Source: Azolla caroliniana | Taxonomy: Eukaryota > Plantae > Polypodiophyta | Direction of reading: 5' to 3' | NCBI GenBank assembly: GCA_043228905.1 | Contig: JBHGNT010000004.1 | Location: forward strand, 10,602,001 to 10,666,000 | DNA: 64,000 nt | Part shown: positions 8,995 through 18,479 of the stretch, piece by piece | How the letters are laid out: each line of letters starts with the position of its first letter | How positions within the stretch are numbered: the stretch's first letter is position 1 | Translations under genes and position numbers: made by a program | The notes under the pieces: model-generated | The model's input: the letters and a program-made list of their open reading frames with translations, nothing else | Database searches by the model: none | Told to the model about the DNA's origin: nothing

Positions 8995-10941
8995 TCATAT
9001 GGCCTCTTGTGTTTCCCACTCTTTGGCCATGCCTTTCGACCGTGTGGTTACTTGTTGTACATCCGTAACTTCCGGAACCACCATATTAACTGTTGGTCGT
9101 TTCTCGTAGCTCTTTACCGGGCACTGGTTACTGTAGTGGCCTTCCTGCCTGCAGTAGTAGCAGTACTCTTTACGGGTATTGCTGGATTCAGCATTGCTGG
9201 TAGCCGGAGTCGGTCCCGTAGTGAGTGGTGCGTTCTGTGTCGGTTGGCTCCTTGGGGTTCCATGTTCCGGGTCCCTAGTGTGACCACCTTTCTTGAAATT
9301 ACGTTTCTTATTATTCTTATTTTTATTTCGGTAGTCCGGTCGTGGTGGATCGTAAAATCGGCCGTAGTCCTCCTGGTGCCTTCGGTAACCAGGGGAATGG
9401 TCTCTGTCGTATTGCTCGTGTCGTCTGTTGGGCTCCCGATAATGGTCCGATCGCTCATACCGGTCGTAGTTATCACGCCGATTCCCGTACCGGCCATCAT
9501 TCTCTTGCCTGTCTCCGTACCGGACATCCTGTGCCGGTCGGTACCGGTTCATTTTTTGCCAACGATCTTCATCTTCGTCTTGGCTGCTTCTTGGCTCGAT
9601 CCGTCGGACGGGTGGTGCTTGTCGGTTTAACAGGTTATACTCGCACCGGTCCGTTGTATGACTCTTGGATTGACAAATCACACACTGAGTGCGCATGGTG
9701 CACTCTACTGCCGAGTGTCCGGCATTCAAGCAGATTGTGCATTGAATTGCCTGCCGGAACCGGAGATCTTCCTCGGTGGGTAACGCCCGTTGCAGTGTTC
9801 CCAGCGTAAGCCATGAGCTTGACTTTTCCATTTCTCTGACCCGGTCAATGACCTGGTCGATGGTGCATCCTCGAAAGTCGATCACCGTACACACCGTGCG
9901 TAACGGTTCCCGGAGTGCATTTAAAAATATCGTCCGTAATTCCTCCTCCGGGGGTGCACGGGCAAGCTGGCTATGCATTCGTTGGAAACGGATGACGAAT
10001 TGGGGAATGCTTTCCCCTGCCTCCTGCCGGATCGTATAAAACAGGCCCACCATTGTCGTCTGGTCGACCTCCTTGTGGAAAAAATGCAAGAATTTTGCTT
10101 TTAATTCTGCAAAGGTTGTGATGGTCGCCGGGTCCTGCGTCCGCCGCCATCGTGTCGCCGGTCCCTCCAACGTGACTCCGAATTCCGCTATCTTCGAGCG
10201 TTCTTCTTCCTCCGGTGTCATTCGCTGGGACGTGTGATTTGCTTCCCACGTCTGCTCGAAGTCATGAACATGCGCTTCCGCGTCCGGATCATCGCGATAC
10301 TTTGAATATTGGAACGGCATGTCGTCGTCCAGTATTAGGCCGCGGTTTAGTGGCGTTTGTTGATATCTTTCCGGTTTTCTCTCCGGTTCCACTTCCGGTT
10401 CTTTTGCCGGTGCTTTTTCCGGTTCCTTCACCGGCTCTTCTTCCGGTACCTTTGCCGGCTCTTTCGTTGGTGTCGGTGGCTTTGCTTCTTCCACTTCCGG
10501 TGTTGGTGGGTTGACGGCTTCCGTTTGCGGTTCCGGATAGCCCTGGTTGAGTGGTTCCGGTTCTGGAGTCGGCACGGTATCCGACCCGTCGTCCTCCGGG
10601 CCGCCGGGGGTATCGTTGCTGCTCCGGTAGTTCGTGTGCACGTTGTATCCCCCTTCGGAATCCGATTCGTAGGCTGAAAAGGCTTCTGCCTCGTTTTCTC
10701 CGCTTGCCAGCGCCTCGAGGAGGCGTTCGGTTTCCCGGAGACTACTTAGACTGCTTTCGTCGTCCTGGTCGCGAGTTTGCCGTAACCGAAGGGATTCCTC
10801 CGCGACTCTCCGGATCTCGTTGGAGAACGAACGATCCGAGCGAATTTCGTGCGCTGCTTGCTGGAAAGTCTCACGCCGTCTTTGCCGTTCGGCGAGGCGT
10901 CGAGCTCGGTCTGTAACCAAGTCGTGCGTTGGTCTAGTCAT
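8995..10941 (-). CDS. Gag with three CCHC zinc knuckles
   Basis: Retrotransposon gag core (LEGPATRW..F.ELKAKF..IRQEAGESIPQFVIRF). Knuckles CTICLNAGHSAVEC, CVICQSKSHTTDRC, CYYCRQEGHYSNQC. Confidence 0.92.
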   Translation of the reverse strand: MTRPTHDLVTDRARRLAERQRRRETFQQAAHEIRSDRSFSNEIRRVAEESLRLRQTRDQDDESSLSSLRETERLLEALASGENEAEAFSAYESDSEGGYNVHTNYRSSNDTPGGPEDDGSDTVPTPEPEPLNQGYPEPQTEAVNPPTPEVEEAKPPTPTKEPAKVPEEEPVKEPEKAPAKEPEVEPERKPERYQQTPLNRGLILDDDMPFQYSKYRDDPDAEAHVHDFEQTWEANHTSQRMTPEEEERSKIAEFGVTLEGPATRWRRTQDPATITTFAELKAKFLHFFHKEVDQTTMVGLFYTIRQEAGESIPQFVIRFQRMHSQLARAPPEEELRTIFLNALREPLRTVCTVIDFRGCTIDQVIDRVREMEKSSSWLTLGTLQRALPTEEDLRFRQAIQCTICLNAGHSAVECTMRTQCVICQSKSHTTDRCEYNLLNRQAPPVRRIEPRSSQDEDEDRWQKMNRYRPAQDVRYGDRQENDGRYGNRRDNYDRYERSDHYREPNRRHEQYDRDHSPGYRRHQEDYGRFYDPPRPDYRNKNKNNKKRNFKKGGHTRDPEHGTPRSQPTQNAPLTTGPTPATSNAESSNTRKEYCYYCRQEGHYSNQCPVKSYEKRPTVNMVVPEVTDVQQVTTRSKGMAKEWETQEAI

Positions 10942-10974
10942 CCATTACCGTCGTTCGCTGCGAGAAAGCAGGAA

Positions 10975-10986
10975 TCGTGGTCGCCA
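10975..10986 (-). promoter_or_regulatory. Primer binding site TGGCGACCACGA (tRNA-Arg-like)
   Basis: 6 nt inside the 5' LTR boundary; begins TGG; complementary to the GUGGUCGCCA 3' end typical of tRNA-Arg(UCG). Confidence 0.7.
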
Positions 10987-10992
10987 AAACTG

Positions 10993-11411
10993 TGTTATTC
11001 TCTGACCGGACAAGGCCTAACACAAGGTGTCACGGAGACACTTCACCAAAGGGTGATTACGGCATAGGATTAAGATTCAACGATTACACCGACTTACGTA
11101 GGTTACACGATTAGAATGCTTTGGTTAATTACACGCGTAAGATATAACAGTAATTACAGAACGGAAATCAAGACAGAAGTATAAACATCATAAACTCTAT
11201 TAATTATCCGCTGCGATTACAATGGGGTCCGGGCCTTTAAATAGGTTTCCGGCCCGTAGTACAAAACGGTGCCTATCGCACCTATTCGGGATCCGTCCGG
11301 ATCTGGAACGGCATACCGTTTCCAGTCCGTCCGTCCACACTATGCTCATTTACAACCATATTTAATTAATTCCTTCACTCCGTATTTTGGACTCCTTGCC
11401 GGCCGGTAACA
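10993..11411 (-). repeat. 5' LTR of Gypsy element (419 bp)
   Basis: Direct repeat of 1615-2033; adjacent PBS. Confidence 0.97.
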
Positions 11412-11624
11412 GATTGTAGTCTGTTATCCGTGCTCCGTCGTAGTCCGCGGGTGGTGTGTACGTGACAGCTACTAGCTACTAATTGGTATAGATTTGGATC
11501 GGTACAACTATCCGGATTCATCTTTTCCTTAATAATTAATAACTACTATTTCCATAATATTCATCTGATCCATCTCTTCCCTGTCCACACCTCTCCTCCA
11601 GATTATACTCTAAAGGCCAACAAT

Positions 11625-11855
11625 TGAGCTTGAGGGGGAGTGTTGAGCGAGCAAGCTCAACATGATCCGAATCGACTGAATAAGCCGGAGCCGTATCGTA
11701 ATCCAGAACGAAGAACCGGATCGGTGTTTGGAATAGGGAGCCAGATCGGCATATGGATCTCAGTGTAATCGGGAGGCTGTTAGAGGCCTATAATCCTCGC
11801 CTAGTATATAGGCATGTTTTTAGGGGTTAGTGTTAGAGCTAAGTTATGAGCATTG
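11625..11855 (+). mobile_element. Copia PPT plus partial LTR (family related to the 34272 element)
   Basis: TTGAGCTTGAGGGGGAG followed by TGTTGAG..CAAGCTCAACA. Shares TTAGTGT.AGAGCT.AGTTATGAGCATT with the 39759 LTR. Cut by the LTR starting at 11856. Confidence 0.75.
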
Positions 11856-13046
11856 TGTTAGGATCGGAACCGGCCACAACCGGTTTCTCGTATACGTATT
11901 CGGGTGCAAAGAAATGAGCGAGATAGTGCACAGATAGAAAAACGAGAAGGAAGAAAACACAAGCACATAGACACAAGATTTAACGTGGAAAACCCGAAAG
12001 GGAAAAAATCATGTGGAGTCCTCGAACTCCGAACATATCACAATACGGTAGGAGGAATATACAATAAGACACTCGAAGGCAACGACCTTGAGTTCTTCTT
12101 CGTCAACAGACGGTTACAAAGTTATAACTCTGTTCTCACTCGCCTACTGACACTCACTCTCAGTTACTAAGGCCATTACCCACTGTGTAACTTATTACAA
12201 CTATATTAATTCAACCCACTATAAAGTTTGCCCTAGTTGTATTTATACTTATACAACTCTCTAGTTATTTACATACATGGCCCACAAAGGGGCACATTTA
12301 GACTATTTACATTTATGGTCTCCCGATTTTGGTTGACTCATTGACTCCATCCAATTTGGTTCATTCTCTTCTTCCCATCCGGAGGGACATGTTTCCCAAC
12401 AAACTCCCCCTTCACTCTGGCGTGGGGTACTTTACCAATCTGACTCTTTGTCGGCACGCACCCAACCTCACCTCCAATAACACCTTCGTCAACATGTCTG
12501 ACCCGTTCTCCTTCGTGTGGATCCTTACTAGAGCAAACTCCTTTTCTTCTACTCGCTCTCGGAGGCAATGGTATCTTCTTTGGATGTGCTTGGTCCTCGA
12601 GTGGTAGACAACATTCTTCGCAAGGTGGATGACACTCTGGTTATCACAATGGAGTCAAAATTCCTCTTGCCGAATTCCCAACTCTCCAATGAACTCCCTC
12701 ATCCAAATTACTTCCTTGCCAAGTTCCGTTGCGGCCATGTACTCGGCTTCCATGGTTGACAATGCCACATCCTTCTGCAACCTCGACTGCAACGAGACAA
12801 CTCCCCCTGCATAAGTCATCACGTATCTGGATGTAGATCGACTAGTATCTACATCAGCCGACATGTTCAAATCAATATAACCTTCCAATGTGGGGTTACC
12901 CAAGCTGAATCAAAGACACACATTTGAGGTGCCTCTTAGGTACCAAAGTATCCACTTCACAACAACCCAATGCTCTCTTCTGAGATTGTTCATATATCGG
13001 CTAACCACTCCGAATGCATACGCAATGTTTGGCCTAGTGCAAACCA
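11856..13046 (-). mobile_element. Ty1/Copia 3' fragment: RT/RNase H remnant, PPT and 3' LTR (11856-12401)
   Basis: MVCTRPNIAYAFGVVSRYM and SRLQKDVALSTMEAEYMAATE. PPT GAAGGGGGAG next to an LTR ending TTTCCCAACA on +. Confidence 0.85.
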
Positions 13047-14061
13047 TTGCCGAGAGTTGTCAGCAAATTCATGCACAACCCATGCCGATCACATTGGAAT
13101 GTAGTCAAACATGTATTCAGATACCTGGTGGGCACAAAAGACCATGGCATCGTCTTTAGTCCAAACAAGCACCCAGGCGTAGTCGGTTACATCAACTTAG
13201 ACTTTGTCGGTTGTGTGGATAGTCGAAAGTCAACAACCAGATACTGCTTCAAATTTGGCAATGGACCAATTTCGTGGAAGTTGAAACTTCAGGAGTGCAC
13301 GACCACTTCAACGACCGAGGCTGGATACGTAGTTGCGCCTGACACGGCAAAAGAAGCTCTATGGCTCGGTCGACTAGCATGTACGTTTCGACAAGATGAC
13401 CCCAATTCGGCTCCAGTTGTCTACAACGACAATCAGGGAGTTGTTGCTCTGTCAAAGACTCTGGTTCATCACAAAGCCTCCAAGAATATCAACGTTCAGT
13501 ATCACTTTGTTCGAGATTGTGTAACTTCCAAGAAGCTCGGCCTCGAGAAGATCTCCTCAACCGACAACATAGCAGACGGGATGACCAAGTGTCTCGTAGC
13601 TTATCGATTTCGGTCACTTCTACACCAGATGGGCTTAAGGAGTAATTAATCTGATTGGTAGGACGATTTTAGACAATCATCATCAATAGTTCGAGGGTCG
13701 GCTTCAGCTCTTCCAACCCCAGCCTACTCGGCTTTTTGTTCTCGGATCTTGTCGACTCGAATAAAGTTACCGATTTGTTCAACAATCTTGTATAAATCTA
13801 TCACCTTGTTTATTCTCTTATAGATTTTTCTTTTGTGTATACGCCACGACCATTACGGGGGAGTGTCGAATACAAGTGTTTAATGGTCGTATTCACATTG
13901 TCCCTTGGAAAAACTAGGTTTAGGAAAATTTTGTAAATATGTCAAAGGGTAGTTGCCCTAGCTCAATTAGTATATAACTGACTTTGTAACCTAGCTCATA
14001 ATGTTGTTGCCTCCATTTGTTCTAACTTTGAGTTCAAATAATACAATTACATCTTGTGTGC

Positions 14062-14120
<59 letters not shown>

Positions 14121-14216
14121 TTTGTCTCATTGATCTTGCCTTACCATGATAACTCAATGATCTTGTAATCATAGATGTTGTTCTTGTTTTCGTACTGACG
14201 GTCTCAAACTCCAACA
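13047..14216 (+). mobile_element. Ty1/Copia 3' fragment: RT/RNase H remnant, PPT and 3' LTR (13864-14216)
   Basis: DSRKSTTRYCF..ISWK..STTEAGY..NIADGMTK. GGGGGAG then TGTCGAA...CCAACA. Confidence 0.85.
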
Positions 14217-14735
14217 GACTCACGCTTTCACCTTTTCTCTAAGTTCATGAAACTCAATCAAAGATCCTTCATGCCTTAATTAGTTTGTAACGTGGTGATT
14301 CTAATTTGTGCCCTATTTTTCCTTTACCATGAGCAATCGATTCTTCTTTTGGATGAGCTCTCATAATAATCTTCTTCAAGATTTCCTGATCACCCTCCAT
14401 GTGCGATGCCTTTCTTCGGATTGTACAACAAGCCTCTGGGATCTTGGCTCATGTTGAAACAAGTCCAACTGTGCTTGTTAAATCCTCCAAAAGGATTGCT
14501 AGATCGTTTTCAAATGATTTGTTCACCATCCGAACAAACAAATATACCTTCTCTAACTAAAGAAGCTCTCAATCCCTTGCAGAGAGCTTGTTGTACTTCT
14601 TCTCAAATTATCTCAATAATTCTAACACTAAGAGACTTTCCCCTCCTTTCTCAGTCCATTCTTCAACGGTCTTCATTGTGACTCTAGTGCGATCATCAAG
14701 CATATATTCATCTAATAAGGCTTGGCGAAACTAAC

Positions 14736-15267
14736 TCCAATCTACTTGGAATCTTTCTTGAAATTCCATTACCTTTACTTGAACATCTAGAGTTGCCGCT
14801 CTATTGAATTGAGCCACTATGTGTAGCCCAGTTGCATGTTTATTGGCCATTTCATACTCATTGACCTCTAGAAAACTTGTGTGTCTTCACCATTGAATTG
14901 GCCAATCTTCTCAATTGTACATCAAGTGTCAACAATCAACATCCTTAGGTTAACCACACTTCATTCTTGTAACATTTGGTTCACCATGGTCGTCGTGAAG
15001 ATTCCAATCTACTTGGAATCTTTCTTGAAATTCCATTACCTTTACTTGAACATCTAGAGTTGCCGCTCTATTGAATTGAGCCACTATGTGTAGCCCAGTT
15101 GCATGTTTATTGGCCATTTCATACTCATTGACCTCTAGAAAACTTGTGTGTCTTCACCATTGAATTGGCCAATCTTCTCAATTGTACATCAAGCGTCAAC
15201 TATCAACATCCTTAGGTTAACCACACTTCGTTCTTGTAACATTTGGTTCACCATGGTCGTCATGAAG
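14736..15267 (-). repeat. 265-bp tandem duplication (14736-15000, 15003-15267) inside a decayed gag remnant
   Basis: Near-identical direct copies. The minus strand reads IEKIGQFNGED.., similar to VDRVGRFNGTE of the gag at 57451. Confidence 0.85.
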
Positions 15268-16876
15268 TTGACCATGTTGGCATTGAAGCCACTATGAACC
15301 GTTTCTACCATCAGACATTCCCCTTTGTTGAAGCTTCACGTCGAGTACATTAAATTTTACCTCGTGGAGTATGAGCTTCACAACAATGTATTAGAGAACT
15401 CACCAAGGACATTTCCAAACAATGCAAATGTTTTGGTAATCTCCTTTGGATCTCATAAATATGATGTTCTTGGATCATTACTCTCGTTCCTTTACTCCAC
15501 ATTCATCTAAATTGTCGACATTCTTCATTCTTTACTCACGCCATAACTTGCGTGATAGGAGAATTAGAAATGACATTACCATTTGTTATCTTGCCAATGT
15601 GCATCTCATAGTCTCCATTTTCTTCTCTTTTAATATATACTTGTGTTCAATATTGTTTAAGAACTATTTACCTTGAGACAAGACAAGACTCCTTACATAG
15701 TTTCACTTCATCCTTAGGTTGTTTGAGGAATGTTAATTTCAACTCAATCAAGTTTTTGAGATGTTAGTTCTGAACAATGATAGAACATTTAATTTTTCCT
15801 CGTCCATTGGCGGTGCTCGCAACTCTTAACCTTGCATGTTGATGGTATACCGTAGGGAAAACAAGTGACTTATAATCGTCGTTTCCATTATCGATAGTGT
15901 TGATACATTGAGAGTGACTTGAGATTATTTCAGTTGTATTCCGGTTGTGCCCCCTTAACTAGTAGTGGTGTTAGGCTTTAGCCACGTCAAAGCCAAAAAT
16001 TGTAAAAAAAGTGCAATTCTGAAATCCGTATATCTTTTCATGTCCAGAAAATTCCCCTATTTAGAAAATGTTGTCGAGCTCGTAGCGAGCCTCAATTCAA
16101 GCCATACCTTGTCTAAAGTGGAGATCATATGATCCAATTATGGCGAGAACAGTGAGCAATGTGTCATGTAGGCCCTAGGGTGAAGTGTGAGGAAGGCATT
16201 GCAATGGGCATGCCAGGTTTGAAGTGGGGATAAATGTGGGGGGGGGCGTGTTGAAACGGTGTAATATTTATGCACCAGAGTGGGCCAGGAGTGCAAAGAA
16301 AGAAGGGGGAGTAACAAAACAATCTATCTATACATACATACTACTATAATACTAGACTACGTAGCCTTAATTTGGGGGGGAGGGGGGAATAGGAAGAAGC
16401 CGGTTCCATGGTATTTATTTACATACTGTAATGGTCAGAGCAAATATTAAAAGGAGAGACATTAAGTATGTGGACGGGATTTAGAAAGACGAAGTAGAAG
16501 GAACAAAGAACGAATGAATGAAGGAAGGAAGATTGTTACGGTCGAAGAGAGAATCTTTAGAGAATGATGAGAGAGGGAGGGGGGCTTTACACCCCACACC
16601 CACACATACATACATACATACATATATACATCCATCCATTCATACATACTGATACATACATAGATCGAAGCAAAACAAACAGCAAATTTTGAAGAAGAAG
16701 AAAAGAGAAGAGAAGAACAGAGTCATGTATGTGTATGTATGTAGTCGATGAGAGAGAGAGAGTGAGAGAGAGAGGTCGAATGAGACACAGAGAGAGAGGG
16801 AAAAAAAGAAGCATAATGGAAAACTTGAAGAAAGAAAGTAACAATATAAGAAGAAGAAACGAATAAGTTGTTTTGT

Positions 16877-17106
16877 CACGTGTCCGCCACGTGGCAGGTC
16901 GTGCTGCCTGCGCCGAGAGAGGGAGGGGCAGAGGCAGAGGCAGAGGCAGAGGCGGAGGCAGGGGGAAGGCGCATCCGTCCGTTCATCTCATCCATCGGAC
17001 GGTGGAGAGCGCGAGGGGCGCACCAGGATATGGCGACACGTGTCAGGAGGGAGTTAGGGAAAGCTTGAGGTGTCAGCGGGAGCAATGATGACGTGCGGGC
17101 ACGTGC
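16877..17106. promoter_or_regulatory. G-box/ABRE cluster upstream of WRKY
   Basis: CACGTGTC (16877), GCCACGTGGC (16886), GACACGTGTC (17035), TGACGTG (17089), GCACGTGC (17099). Confidence 0.6.
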
Positions 17107-17107
17107 G

Positions 17108-17156
<49 letters not shown>

Positions 17157-17208
17157 TGATGGCCGGAAGGTCTCTTCATTTGCTTTCATGCGCTTCTTCT
17201 TATTATTA

Positions 17209-17243
<35 letters not shown>

Positions 17244-17425
17244 TCTCTCTCTTTCCATCCAACCCTCCGCCATAGCCATTCTCCTTCTTGAAAGCTAGCT
17301 CTTGCCTCTGCATTCTCTTCTCTTTCTTTCATTCCTTGCAGAAAAGAGAAGGAACACTAGAGAATGGGAATTTAAGCCTAAAACATTGTTATATACATAC
17401 GTGGGTGTACATAAATGAATAAATA

Positions 17426-17466
<41 letters not shown>

Positions 17467-18479
17467 TAGAGACTCTCCTCCGTCATCAGAATCTTTTCCT
17501 CTTCTCTTCTTCGAGTTCTGGTTTCTTTTTTCCGCTGCAGAGGATGAAGGAATTCGCCCCTGCAGAAGGTATGATACTCTCTCTCTCTCTCTTTCTGTCT
17601 TTTGGTACCTTTCTTTGCCACGTCTACAAATTTAGATATGAAGAAGAAGAGGAATGAAAGAGGAAAGAAGAAGTAGAAAAAGAAGAATAAAAGCAATAGA
17701 AGCTGCCAACATTAGGTCCTATTCCAATTTAGAGAAATACGAAAGGAGGAAAAGAACAAAAAAACCGAGAAAAGAGGCTCCTTGTGATTGTACGTAAGAG
17801 AATGAGAAGAAGAAGAAGAAGAAGCTCTAGCATGAGGTCCCGTTTAAATTTAGAAGAGAAGAAGATGAAAAAGAAGAAGAAGAAGAAGAAAGATGAGGGA
17901 AGTAAGAAGTTGCAACATAAGCAAGAGGATGAGAAGAAGAAGAAGAAGCTCTAGCATGAGGTCCCGTTTAAATTTAGATGAGAAGAAGAAGAAGGAGAAA
18001 TATGCGGGAAGGAAGAGGTTGCAACAGAAGGTGTCAATTTGAATATACTTAAGCTAAACATGTCTCAATATCTTCATTTATGCTTAAAAGTCGTGCCCGT
18101 CAATATGCATTAGAGAAGAAATTAAAATCTCTGATGCTTCGTTCTGAGAATTTTTTATACCTGTATTTAGGTTAATGTGTCGGTTTGTTCTCTCTCAAGT
18201 CTAAGGAGATGCAGCATATCAGTTTGTTTCTTCTACAGTCGTAATGATGATACATTATATTAGTTTGTTTCTCCTCTTATCTAAAGGGAACATTGTATAT
18301 ATCCGTTTTGTTGGGGGCATTTAACAATCCATAGGTAGGGGATCTGTTTGGGGTATTATACTTGAATTCTTGTTTTAATCCCTCGTAAATGACCTAATCT
18401 ATTTCAATCTCTTCCAGTTTTTGGTAAGGTCATTGAAGAAGGCTGACATTAAAGCTTGAGAATTTGTTTATGATCCAAC

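Larger units (their letters stand above)
1615..11411 (-). mobile_element. Full-length Ty3/Gypsy LTR retrotransposon (non-chromovirus, Athila/OTA-like) with extra 3' ORF
   Basis: Two 419-bp TG..CA LTRs, 5-bp TSD GATTG (1610-1614 and 11412-11416), gag-PR-RT-RH-INT order, PBS. Confidence 0.97.
1141..11467 (+). mobile_element. 3' LTR of a chromovirus-like element (1141-1614 plus 11417-11467), split by the Gypsy insertion
   Basis: Preceded by purine tract AAAGGAGAGGATAA. Starts TGTCATGA and ends CGTGACA once the 1615-11416 insert is removed. Shares the TGTCATGA start, TATTCTAG arrays and tRNA-like module with the LTRs at 44188 and 54559. Confidence 0.75.

Noticed and set aside
8470-8997. Stops repaired by U-to-C RNA editing
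   Set aside because: That editing is known for fern and hornwort organelles, not nuclear transcripts; methyl-C deamination is simpler.
11641-11855. Partial LTR as the missing half of the partial LTR at 56491-56730 (both break near TTATGAGCATTG)
   Set aside because: Opposite orientation, 45 kb apart and no shared TSD; an inversion cannot be supported.
16462-17990. Short ORFs and a ~125-bp duplicated GAA-rich block upstream of WRKY
   Set aside because: ORFs arise from AG, AT and AAG microsatellites; the duplication appears intronic with no further structure.
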